A DNA stretch of 64,000 nt from Pseudovirgaria hyperparasitica. Its lineage: Eukaryota. The stretch lies in assembly GCA_010093815.1 (NCBI GenBank), contig ML996574.1; one strand, 5' to 3'. This document shows positions 38,776-50,599 of this stretch, in pieces. How positions within the stretch are numbered: the first letter of the stretch is position 1; the number at the start of each line of letters is the position of its first letter. Both the position numbers and the translations under genes were made by a program. The notes under the pieces are model-generated. The model saw only the letters and a program-made list of their open reading frames with translations. It was not told where the DNA came from and searched no databases.

Positions 38776-41700
38776 TTAGAGTCGTGGGTCGTTATATAAT
38801 CGAGCGTCGCTATATCTAGACTCGAACTAGTCTAGTACCTTAGTATCTTCTACGTCCTCGAGTAGAACCTATATTAGTTATAACTAACCTTTCTACTTTA
38901 TAAGCACCTATCGCTTATTCTACCCCTATATATTTTTTATATATAGAATATTCTTAACCTCGTACTCCGCGACGTCCTTATCTACTTTATTAAGCTTAAG
39001 CGCCGGGCCCGGATAGATGTTAAGCCGCTCTTAGCTAGATAGGGGGTCCTCTATAGCGCGCTTAATAAGGCTTATATAGACTATTTTATAAAGGTCTCTA
39101 GGGAGGTTAAGGGTTACTATTAAGAGGGTAGATTAGGCTATAACCTAGTATTTTATCTATAGCTAGTCGAGCTTCCGGCTCGGGTAGTTAGTCTTTATAT
39201 TCTAGAGGGAGAACTATACTATATCGCCGACCTTAAAACGCTCGGCCGGGTATTATAACCGGTTTACCAAGTCTTAGGAGCGCTACTTAGCCTAGGTAAT
39301 AGCCGCTTAAGCTAAGGTAGTACCGTCCTAAAGGTATTTAAGGAAATTTATAGCCTAACCTTTCGCTAAGGTCGTAGAGGCGTTAGAGAGTAGCTACTAT
39401 AGTAATAGTTCGACGTGGTATCCGTTTAGAAGTAAGTTTAGTACTATACTAGTTACTAACGAGATATAGTTATTAAGGGCGAGCTAATATACTAGGAGAT
39501 ATTCTAGCTAGTTAGTTTACTCGAAAGTTACTATAACGCGTAGTATAGTCTATACCTCCTAGTTCGCACGCTTAGTACTACCGTCCGTCTACGGGTAGTA
39601 GACCGTAGAGAGGTTCTAGCGTATATCTATTATAGAGTAGAGGGTTATCTAGAACTACCTAAGCTAGTCCGAGCCCTAGTCCGTAATTATTAACTAGGGG
39701 AACCCCTAGAAACGCTACTACGTGTCGCGGAACCGCGTAGCGTAGTCCTTAGCTACTATAGAGATTATCGCCTCTAGCTAAATAAACTTTAAAAGCCGGT
39801 CTATAATAATAAGAAGATATTAGGGCTAGAACGGGTCTAATTAGGGGAGGTCGGTTATAAAATCTATAGAAATTTAGGACTAGAACTAGTCTAGTATTAG
39901 AAGAGACTAGAGGAGGCTAGAGGCCTTACGTTAGTTTACGTGGGCCCTATAGTAGTTATAGTTTCGTATGAACTACCGGATATTAGTCTATATCCGCTTC
40001 TAGTAGTACTTCCGCCGAATAGCTATATAAGTCTTATTCTTACTAGGATAGCCCGCGAGGGGGGAGGTATAGAACTTCTAGATAATAGTTATAGTAAGGG
40101 GTTCCTACTTAGGTACCCTAATAACCCCCCGCTATATTAGTATTCCGTATACCGATATAGCGTAGTCTATAACCTATTTAGTAGTAAGCGCCTCTAGTAG
40201 AAAGAGGTATACCCCGTCTACTACGGCCCTATAGTAGGCCCGGTATACTAGGACTAACTAAATAGTCTAGTCCTAGAGCTCCTAGAGGTGGAGGTTAGTA
40301 AAGATACTTTATCTCTAGGGGAGATAGGACTCTCTAGAGCGGGTACTTACTAGTACTATTCTAATGGCCCGTGAGGTTATAAGCCGTCCCCTTAGAAGGG
40401 ACTTTTTAGATAAGTTCTAGTTATAACGGCTTAGGGTATCCGGGTAGACCGCCTAGGATCCCGGCTAGTATATAAGGTTATAGTTAAATAGTATAAGCTA
40501 GTTAGACTATTATTACTACCGTGGGATAAGAAGGTAAGACTTAGTAAAGTACTTAAGGTTTTTATAGTCCGTATAGACCGTAAAGGGGCGGTAGACGCTT
40601 CGGAGCTTAGGTTCCCACGCCTAGAGGCACTAAACTACTATAAGGAGCTTCTTATTATAGATTATATAGTTCCGCTAAGCGGCCGTAAGGGCCGTGGAAT
40701 AGTAGGCTACCGGGTGCTAAATACCCCGAACCTTTTAGGATAGGTATCTACCCGTCATATATCCGGAGTAATCTACCTTAACTATTATATCGCGTGTCTC
40801 GTTCTAGGACTAGAGGATTAGCCTAGTAATAAAAGCGTTCTTTAGCGTATTAAACGCGCGGTCCTTAGCTAGGCCCTAGTAGAAGGCCGTCCCGGCCTTA
40901 GTAAGGGCGTAGAGCGGGGCTACTATGGTAGAGAAGTTAGGGAGAAAGTTATAGTAGAAGTTTATAAATCTAATGAACTACTAGACGCCCCGGACCGTAG
41001 TTAGGGGCTTCTAGTCCTAGATAGTAGTAATCTTCTCTAGGTTAGGGCGGATCGACTCTCTAGTAGTAATAACGTAACCTAGGTACCGGACCTCCTTAGT
41101 AGCAAAACGGTATTTAGTAAGGTCGTAGTAAAGGTCCGCCTTTATAAGGAGAGATAGAATAGTTTTTACGGCGGCCTAGTGGTCTTCTAACGTGCCTAGG
41201 GTATATATAAGAATATTATTAAGATACGCTATATAGGTAACCCCGAGGACCCCGCTTAGTACCCTATTAATATAGCGCTAGAAGGAGGTAGGGGCGCCGG
41301 AGAGACCGAAAGAGAGAACTATCTATTTAAAGAGGCCGAACTGGGTACGGAAGGCCGTCTTATATTCGTCCCCGGTAGCGACCTATAGTTTATAAAATAC
41401 TACCCGGATATCTACCTTACTAAACCACGATATATTACTAATGGTATATAGGGTCTTGCGTATAAGTAGTAGCGGGTATTAGTTCTATTTAGTAATACTA
41501 TTAAGGGCCCTATAGTCGATATATAGCCGCTACTTCCCTCCCGGCTTAGAGATAAGGAGTACTAGCGCCCTAGCCGCTAAGGAGCTGGCCCGTATCTATC
41601 CCTTATCTATAAGATTCGTAAGCTAGCGGCGGAGCTCTATAAGTTATTCCCGAGATATAGCGTAGAGGGGTCCCTAGGGGAGGTTTATAGAGGTTCCCGC

Positions 41701-43735
41701 CGGTATAGACTTAATATAGATATAGTAGTTAGTATTCCCTCTATGGAGAGGTAGCGCCGATACCTTTTCCTTATTAAAGAGATTGCGGTAGGCGTGTAGC
41801 GTTAACGGGAGCGGGCGCCTATCCTCTATAAGCTCGGTCGCGTCCCGGTCGGGTACCGGAGGTAACTAGGGGAGTATAAGTTATAGAAGGCGGGTAACGT
41901 TACAGATACTAGTAGCGACTACTCGCCTACGGCGGTAAGCTATCTCTAGACCTCTAAGAATATGGCCCTTCTTAGTAAGGACCCGGATACTTATTAGGCG
42001 CCTATAGATATTAATATCCCGGGCTATAAGGCCGTGGGCGCGGTAAAGCGTAATTTTACCTACGTGTATATTAATAACGGCGCCGGCCTAGTAGAGCCAT
42101 AGGCTCCTAAGAATAAGATCCCGGTCTAGCCCGGGTACTATATAGGCGGTAAGGCGTTATCGCCACCCCGTAATATTATACTAGATAGTAATAACTTCTA
42201 TAATCTCCGGTCCTAACGCTCCGTTAGCGGCGAGAGCTACTTAATAATATAGAACTAAGATACGCGACTTAGCCACGTCCGCTATAAGGGCCGGGCTAAC
42301 TACCACGAAATACTCGCACTCTATATCTACTAAGGCGTCTATATACTTCCTATTCTAGAGGAATAGTAATATAACGGGTGGGGGTCTATCTATAACCCGA
42401 GCGGGCGCGCTATTCTCTAGGTCGGAGCCGTTATCCGGGTTACCTATAGCTTTATTCCTTACTAAATATAGTAACGTCCTCTAACCCGGGCTTTAGTAGG
42501 GGGCTATACTTCCCCCGCCTTAGAGTTAGAATTAGTATCGTCCTAAGCTAGGGCTATAACCTTGAGCGCTTATATATTAATAGCGTTTAGATAGCCCCGG
42601 TATTAGTAGCTAGCCTAGCCGTACTAGATATATACACCCGCCGTACGGTGCTTCTAGAATAAGTTCTTTAGGATCTATAAAGGAGTCTCTTTCTTCTTAA
42701 CCCTATCTCTACTCTTTACCGTTAGTAACGCGGCTTACTTCTTACCCTTTATCTTAATAGCCTTAATAGTAACCGCCGACATCGTTATATCGCTATTCTT
42801 ATCCTTACTAGGCCTATTTTAAGGTATGGTGCTTTACCTAGTACGGAGCTAGAATAACTCTATATCTATACTAATATCTCTAAGGTGGCCTATAGCGGCC
42901 TCGTACTAGTCTAGGAGGCCCCGGTTTAGGGCTACCGCCTAGGTCTCCTAGTTAAGGCCGTTCCGGAGCCGTATAAGCTTCTAGTTATTAGCCTAGTATA
43001 TTCCTCTAGCCTTCTAGAGGGCGGTATAGAACCGTACGAAGTACTCCGTAAACGGCTCCTTTACCTTTTATATAATTATATTTAACCGCTAGAGGGCCCG
43101 CTCTTTAGCATGTGTATCTCCGAACTAGAATTTAAGGTAGTCTAAGAACGTATACGGGTCCTAGTTGCCGTTTAGCCCCCTAGTAGAATATATAGCGCTA
43201 ACCCCCCTCTATATCTTAGGCGCTAGGTTAGCCTAAATAAGGGCTATTTAGTCTCTATAGGTGCCGATAAAGTTAGTGTCCCGGGTAATCTTATACTATA
43301 TTATAACGGACTATATACGGAAGAGGGCCTTAGACCTATTATATAGGTTACTAAGGGGGAGGGGCTTCCTCTTAGGAGCCCGGTTAAGTATAATATACGG
43401 CGTAGAAAGTGGTAAGGCGGGAGCGCGCGTAGAAAAGACTAGTTTAGGCCCGTATAGACGTTAGAGCGCTACTAGGGAGGAGTTAGGCTAGGGTAGAGAC
43501 GAGTCGCTATAAGTTAAGGTAGCGGGAGTACGGCTATATAACTCGATCGTAAGGAGGTAGGCGTTAATACGTTATAGAGCCGTATAGACGCTATATTCGA
43601 TATTAGATATCTAAGACTCGCTTACCGCTTAGGCGGCCGTAATAGACTTATAGATAGACCGTATCTCGTCCCGAAAGCTAAGGAAGGAGTTAGAGAGTTA
43701 CTATATTAGATTAGAGTCTTACGGGTTAAGACTAT
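38776..43735 (-). pseudogene. gag-pol of Gypsy B (gag, PR, RT, RNase H, integrase, chromodomain)
   Basis: Domain motifs readable through RIP-type TAG/TAA stops; ends approximate. Confidence 0.85.
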
Positions 43736-43784
43736 CTTATACTATAAGGCCACGTATAGAAAGAGATAATTAAAGTTAAATTAA

Positions 43785-43986
43785 TATAATAGATATAACT
43801 AAGGTATTACTATAATAGTAATTAAGATATATTATAATTTAACTTAGAGAGAGTAGGGATAAGCCGTATGGTTATAGCTTTAAGTATAGTCTTAAGCGAG
43901 GTCACGTGATACCCCTATACTAGTCTCTATCCGTCCCGGCTCCGTTATATAATACTAGAGACAAGGTAAAGCCGAAGTCTATAATA
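43785..43986 (-). repeat. 5' LTR of Gypsy B
   Basis: Direct repeat of 36148-36349; the differences seen are transitions. Confidence 0.93.
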
Positions 43987-44569
43987 ATAATATAGTCTAC
44001 TTTATATACGTCTAGTCTATCTTAGAGTATAATAGAGTATAATTACACGTTCGTATATTTATATATATTAGGTTAAAACCTTTTAAGTAATAAGACGTGG
44101 AATACGTTATAGACTTTTATATCGTTTCCTAGGTTAAGCTTATAGGCTCTTATACTAATATAACGTTTGATTTGGAAGGGACCAGCCATTTTATAATCGA
44201 GCTTTTTATTTACTCGCGATATTTATATATTATAGACGTTAAGAAGGACTTCGTCTCCCTCCTTATACGCTTAATCTTTAACTAATCTATTATAGTACTT
44301 TATATATAACTTATTTACTTACTAGATTATTACGTAATAGTTACGTGTGGTTTTAAAGATTTTAATCGCTAGTTTCTACGTGTGGACGTTAATATCTATT
44401 ATTCGGTCGAACTAGACCGTATAAGGTTTAAAATCTATCCTTAGACTACGTTCTAGGTTCGCCTAGAAGGGTGTAACATCTATTATACTATAACGACTAT
44501 TATTATACGCGAATTCTACTATACTTAGTAGAGAGGCCTAGTCGTCTTATTTAAAATTATAGAATATAT

Positions 44570-44590
44570 AATAATAATAATAATAATAAT
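44570..44590. repeat. (AAT)n microsatellite forming the LINE 3' tail
   Basis: About 7 AAT units immediately inside the left TSD. Confidence 0.85.
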
Positions 44591-47500
44591 ATTATATAAC
44601 TAGGTAGAGTAGTACTCTATAGGCCTATGCCTTCTCTAGTCTAAGCTACTATATAAGAAGAAACCCCATAGGGAAAAACTTCCTTATATCTATAACTATA
44701 TCTCGTTAAACCTCTGTTTCGTCTTAAGTATATAGCTATAGAGTACGCCTATTAGCCTATAGCCTATGTTACCGTTATTTTACCCTTAGATAGCACGTAT
44801 AGATGCGGAGGTTATTAGTTAAGGGCTGCCCTCGACTAATAATCGGGGTTCTCCTAGGGTTCTTCCGGTATATATTGGGTTACTACCGGCGTATACCGGG
44901 TCTCTTCCGGTATATATTTCCGGGTCTACTAGTACTAGAGGAGTAGTAGATATATAAGCATCTATTAGGAGACGTCCTTAGGGTACTTATTAAGCTGTCG
45001 TACGATATCTAAAGTCTTCGTAACGTGGATAAGCTATTACCGTTATATATAGAGGTTAGGGTATATAGCTAGATAGTAGCGTATTATACCTCTCCGGCCG
45101 TACGCCTTATACTATAGGGAGGTGTCGGGAACGCCTCTCTTATAGATATAGTATAGGAGTCCTATAGCGCCCGTTCGGGCTTAGATAAGTATAGATACTT
45201 AGGCTTTCGTTAGCCCTTTATATATCTATTTACTCGGTTCCTTCTATGGCCCTCGAATCTACTCTAGGTATCTATTCTACTAGGAGGTCTAGTAGGTATA
45301 GAGTGCCTCTTTCTACTTATCTTAAGTCTATAACTATATATTTTTCACGAGTTCTTAAAGGCTCTACCGGTCTAGGAGAGCGTCCGGGTTATCTCGGACT
45401 TCTTATACTACTTAGCTAGAGTCGGCTTCTATTAAGTACCTATACTATATTCGATTCCGGCCTATATATAGGAGTGCGTGGTAATATATACTAATTCGTG
45501 CACGTAGCGCGGCGAAAGTATATTCTACGTTTCCTATGCGTTCCTATACTTATTATTTAGTGAAGTATACCACCCTCTATATCTAGTAGAAGTTATATAT
45601 ACTTATAACGTCTATCTCGCGTCGTAGTAGTACTATGTTAGTAGCTTTATATACGCCTAATATAAGATAGAGTATACGGTTCTATATGGATTCGAGCTTT
45701 ATTCGCCTAGTCTATATAAGGGCCGTGTACTAGTACTCGTGTCCGTACGTGAAGGCGGGTTATACTATAGATATATATAGCTAGCGTGCCTTATCCCGGG
45801 CGGTTCCCTACGTGGAGGCTATAATCCGTCGTATAGCGGCTTCTATCTAGAGGGCCCTAGAGACGGCGTATACTACTTATGGTCCCTATTTAAGCTTACT
45901 ATCTAGTATAACTCCGAGCGCGCGCATGCTTTATACTAGTAGTTCGTTAAATACGTCGATTCGGGGGCGTTGTTCGCCTTCCCTAGTTACCTATTTCCCT
46001 TAACGATTAATAAAGTATATAAGCTAGTATTTCTCCGGGGCGAACTTTGCTCCGTAGCGTTTTACCTACTAGAGATACCTCTCGTGGTCCTGTTCTAGTC
46101 GTCTACACGTTCGGTTAGTATTATTATCGATAGCTAGAAGGTATATGTTATCGGCATATCCGACTACCTCTATATACTTTATTTCTTAAAGAAGGTCTAC
46201 CGTAAAGAAGAGGAATAGAATCGGAGAGATAGTGCTCCCTTATAGGATGCCGCATGCCGTCTCTTTATATTTACTCTAGTACCTAGGGATATATATCTAA
46301 GTTATTCTTTCTATGAGGAATAACTATATAAAGTATATAATCTATTCTAGTATTCGTCTTATCCGGAGGTTATAAATAAGTCTTATATAGTTTACCTTAT
46401 TAAACGCTCCGGCTATATCGAGGGAGAGGAGCGATACTACCCGTCCCTATTTCCATACGGCCTAGATAACTTTAATAATATATTAGATAGCTATTATTAG
46501 GGAGCTATCTATCTTTACCTTCTAGTTCGGAGGGAGAAGATTATATTCCTATACCGCGGTACTTATCTTCTTTACTATCATGGCCTCTAGTATCTTACCT
46601 AGGTAGAAGAGAAGGGCGATTAGTCTCTATCCCTTTAGGGAGTTAGAGCTCTTTCCTAGTTTTAGGAGTATAATAGTATAGACGACTTAGAAGCTCTAGG
46701 GGTGGTACCCCTACGTGACGCATGCTTAGAATATACGAGTAATAAGCGGTAGGGTCGCTTTTATAGTACTTTTTAGGTATCGATTTAGAATTCCATCTAG
46801 TCTAGGTACTTTATTATTTAGAAGTGTCTTAATAATATTAAGTATATCCTCCTCCGTAACTTCTTCGGGGATGTCTACCGCGTATAGATATTCGGCGCCG
46901 TGAACGTCTAATAGGTCTACTAGTTCCGGGAGAGGGAATATAGCCTCCCGTAGGGCCTTAGTTTTCTTAAGGCCCGTAGAGTATGTTCTCCCCTAATATA
47001 TTAGAGGAGGCATAAGTAGTAGGGGTATCGGAGTGTCTACGCCCTTAGCCTATTTTACTATGCGCTATAGCCCTATTACATATCGTGTCTATTAACTAGT
47101 AATTATACGCTACTATTTACGCCTTTTATTACGGAGGACTTTATCGCGTTATTATATTACTTCCTTCTATTCTTCCTATAACTCGGGTATTCTTATACGG
47201 TATATACGTCTATATAGCCTTCGGGCGTCTTATCTACTTTCCCGTACTCGAGGAATCCCCTTTACTTCCGGGGGCCGGTATATTCGGTATAGTACGTGTT
47301 TATTTCTCGCATTCTAGTATATTTATAGAAGTATCTATACGGCCTAGTCTATAGCTAGGTCGTTAGATATATCGACTATAGAGGGATCTAGGATCGCCGA
47401 TTCTAGGTCCTTTAGGTACTTTTTCTAGTCGGTGTCCTTCTATATCTATCGTCCCCGTTATTTATTCGGGGTATATACGTTTATTATAGTTTCTATATAT

Positions 47501-48251
47501 TCGTGGTCGGAATCCGTCTATACCTAGTCTAGGCGGTAGTATTAGATCCGGTGACTAATATACTCCGTAGCGAAGGTAAGGTTAAGCGTAGACCCGTCTT
47601 TATCCTATTTATGTTTTTTCTATATAACTTATTCTATAGGTGTGAGTAGGTATAGGAAGTCGTAGTAGCGGGTGCGTAGTTCCCTTACTCTAAGTTCTTC
47701 CCTAACCATGGCTAGGCCTCCCTACTATTAGTAGTAGAGATTAAAGTCTCCTAGGAGAATATGTTACTCTAGTTCCGTAGTACCCTCGAGCATCTCGTCT
47801 AGTATAAGTATACGTTATTAGTTATATATGTTATATATATATAGGGGGCCTATATCTATTTATAGGTGTAGTATTATCCTAAGGTTATCGCGCTTAGTAT
47901 ATAACTATAATAAGAGTAGTATTAACCTATAAATGTGGAAGAGGACTCGTCTTTCTAGTCCTAGAGGGTATATAGTATGGTATCCGGGGTGTATGGTTGG
48001 TTTACTCGTCTAGTAGTATTTATAGGGTTCCTAGATAGCGAGTATTATAGCCCCGGTCTCTTCGAGGAGCGTCGCCTAGTTCTCTCTTTTATATTATATG
48101 TTTATCTATATAATTCGGAGTATATTCTAGTCCCTTATTAGATACTAGAGAGTATATATATCTATATACTTATTCCTCGGAGGCGCGACTATCCTCGCGC
48201 GGTAGCGGCTTTAACTATACCTTTTAGTCGTCCTATCGTCTTTGGGATAGT

Positions 48252-48492
48252 TATAAGGATTATAGACGTAGGATAGTAGTCTAACAGGTCATAGGAGGAT
48301 TCGGGAATATATTTCAAAGGGTAGTCTACTCTCCTAACGAGGTTAATTCCTAAAGAGTAGAAATTAAGTATATGCGGCCTACTTATATAGTGGTCTCGCT
48401 TATTCTAGCTAACTTACCCTGGGTCCGTCCTATCACGGACCGTACTAGACTATAGTATTATAGTTAAGTCCATCCTAGTGTTAGCCCTAATA
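48252..48492 (-). repeat. 3' LTR of Gypsy A2
   Basis: Direct repeat of 56023-56263; differences are C/T or G/A only. Confidence 0.95.
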
Positions 48493-48979
48493 ATATCCTT
48501 CTTCTTTTTGTGCTTCGCCCCGAAGTACTTAGCTATATGTAAATCCGTAATTCTATAAGCGTTATATTTATACGCGCATCCAATTAAATCTATGTAACGT
48601 TATTAATAGTCTTTATATTGGTGAACTTAAGCTCTAGTTTACTTTTATTTATACACGCGCTTATCCCTTACTTCATGGCTACTACCTTAGAGGTAGCTCC
48701 GCGGGTCATGTGACCGCTATATTAACTAAGCTTATATTTAGTTCTCTTATTCTAAATTTTCTTCTCTAGTATATCCACCTTACTCTTAAGGTAAGTCGTT
48801 AATTCGTATACTATCTCCTTTAGTTTAGATCCGTTCGGGTCTAGAGTGGTCTATTTTTATTAGAGCTGGTCCTATATAATCTATTCGCGTTATTACGGTT
48901 ACTAATTTAGCTTCTTTAATCGCCTTTAAGGCTGAACGAGTATTCCACTCTTAGATCTCTAGCTAACGTATGTGTATAG

Positions 48980-50283
48980 ATGTCTAATACTAGTCCTATT
49001 TCTAAGCCTGCCTCCTCCTCTCGCAAGACTCGCTCTAAAGGGATTACCTCTACCCCGGCTATACCGGCTAAAAAATCCACTTATCGTAGTAGTGTGAAGG
49101 CGCGCTCTAAGTTAGAGAAGAAGGTAGCTAAGGCTACTACTACTATTATTACTAACGTGGCCACTAGTCGCTCTAATCTAGGTAATCCTAGTACTAAACT
49201 TATAGATAAAGTGGTCGTAGGTTCTCCTCTCGCTCTAAAGCGTACGCCGTCTACTCTATCTCCTCTAGAGGATAAAGAAGATCTCGTTATAGACGATAAT
49301 CGCGAGCCCTCGCGCTTACCCACGCCGCCGCCTCGCCGCTCTTCCTTCCGGTCTAATATAGACTAATTTAGTCGCTCTAGGTCCTTTTAGGACCTTAATA
49401 TTCGCTCTAAACCCTAGCCTACTAATAATAAGGCCTAGGTCGCTAAGGATACTAAACGTGGTCGCGGTTTACGCTATAGGAAAACGGCAAACTACGGTTC
49501 GATATACTATAAGTATATTAAGAGCTATACGGCCGGCTCTAAATATCTCTTTCGCTCTAACTCTAGTATTAGCTACTACTCTACTAACCGCGATAGGCCT
49601 ATACGCCCTATCTTTACTCTACCTACCCGCTACCGCCGCTATACCGTAACTAGTAAGACTTATCTATAGGTAAGTATAATAGGCTATCTTAATCTAGTAT
49701 AATCTAAAGTAGTCCGCGCTAATATATTCTTAGGTTCCTATACGTATATAAGATGTATATAACGACCTTCGCGTCCGCGAGACCCTCGGGGGTCCTTATA
49801 GCCGCCTGCCTACTATATAGAGGGAGTTTAGGGAGCGCTATAAGCTCTTCCTAGAGGTTATTAAAGTGTAAGTTACGAGCACGTTAATTATTTTTAACAC
49901 CCGTTGATTTTTCTAGCCGCCGCGAGATCCCTAGCGCCTAGGCTACCTATTCTAGGGAGTCTATCCTAGCCATAGAGGTCGTAGAGAGGATTCGCTCTAT
50001 CCCCTCCTATCCGTCTCGCGCTACTAACGGATCTCGTAAGAGGTCTACTATTTCTCCCTCTAAGTCGCCTCGTAAGAGGGTATATATTCTATTCTAGATT
50101 ATTCTAGACCGCGTTGGCTAACTTTGGGTCTAGTCGCTCTACTCTAGCGCTTAGTCGTCGTCTTACTAGGCTCTAACTAAGCGCGTGGTTACTCTGGAGG
50201 ATAAGGTCTCTAACCTCCGTCGCTCTATTACTCGGTTAGTTCGTTCGCTACGCTCTAAGAGTAATAATAAGATGGAGGAGTAG
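48980..50283 (+). pseudogene. Antisense spliced accessory gene of Gypsy A2: basic disordered N-terminus, Zn2Cys6-like motif, C-terminal coiled coil
   Basis: Starts as ORF 48980-49366 and continues in frame through RIP-type stops. Introns at 49670-49733, 49868-49916 and 50080-50133, plus an upstream intron 48791-48979 ending directly before the ATG. Splicing keeps one frame to TAG 50281-50283. Confidence 0.72.
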
Positions 50284-50599
50284 CTCTATGGCTCTGTTTA
50301 CTAGGGTTTCTGTGTGGTGTGTGTTAGCTCTATCTACCTAGTTTCTGTCCGTTTTGGTCCTTTTTAGACCGTTTAGATACCCGTCTACTAGTTTTCTAGT
50401 AATTTAATTCTTAACTTAATAATATTGTGTGCGTTCTTATTTATTCTATAACTATTGAATTTTAGGTTCTAATTTCCTTTGAGTCACTTGAGTGTGGGCA
50501 TCGTATATAAATTAGTTTATCTCTCTAAATTATATTAGAGCACCCGAACCAGTGGCCCAGTGGTTATTAGTTCGGGTACTCTAACCTTTTGTATTATAT

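Larger units (their letters stand above)
36148..43986 (-). mobile_element. Ty3/Gypsy chromovirus, family B, full length, RIP-degraded
   Basis: 202-bp LTRs at 36148-36349 and 43785-43986; TSD ATAAT (36143-36147 / 43987-43991). Minus strand has a gag CCHC knuckle, protease DALVD(TG)CE, RT KTAFRTQFGLF...AYL(DD)ILIY (~41200-41430), RNase H, integrase and chromodomain EYEV..IL...K(W)KG (~38800-38970). Confidence 0.93.

Noticed and set aside
44700..44842. Hammerhead ribozyme in the LINE 3' end (CTAATAA as RIPed CTGATGA, with a downstream GAAAC)
   Set aside because: I could not build stem II/III around the core, and the heptamer is part of a palindrome arm. Kept only as a palindrome finding.
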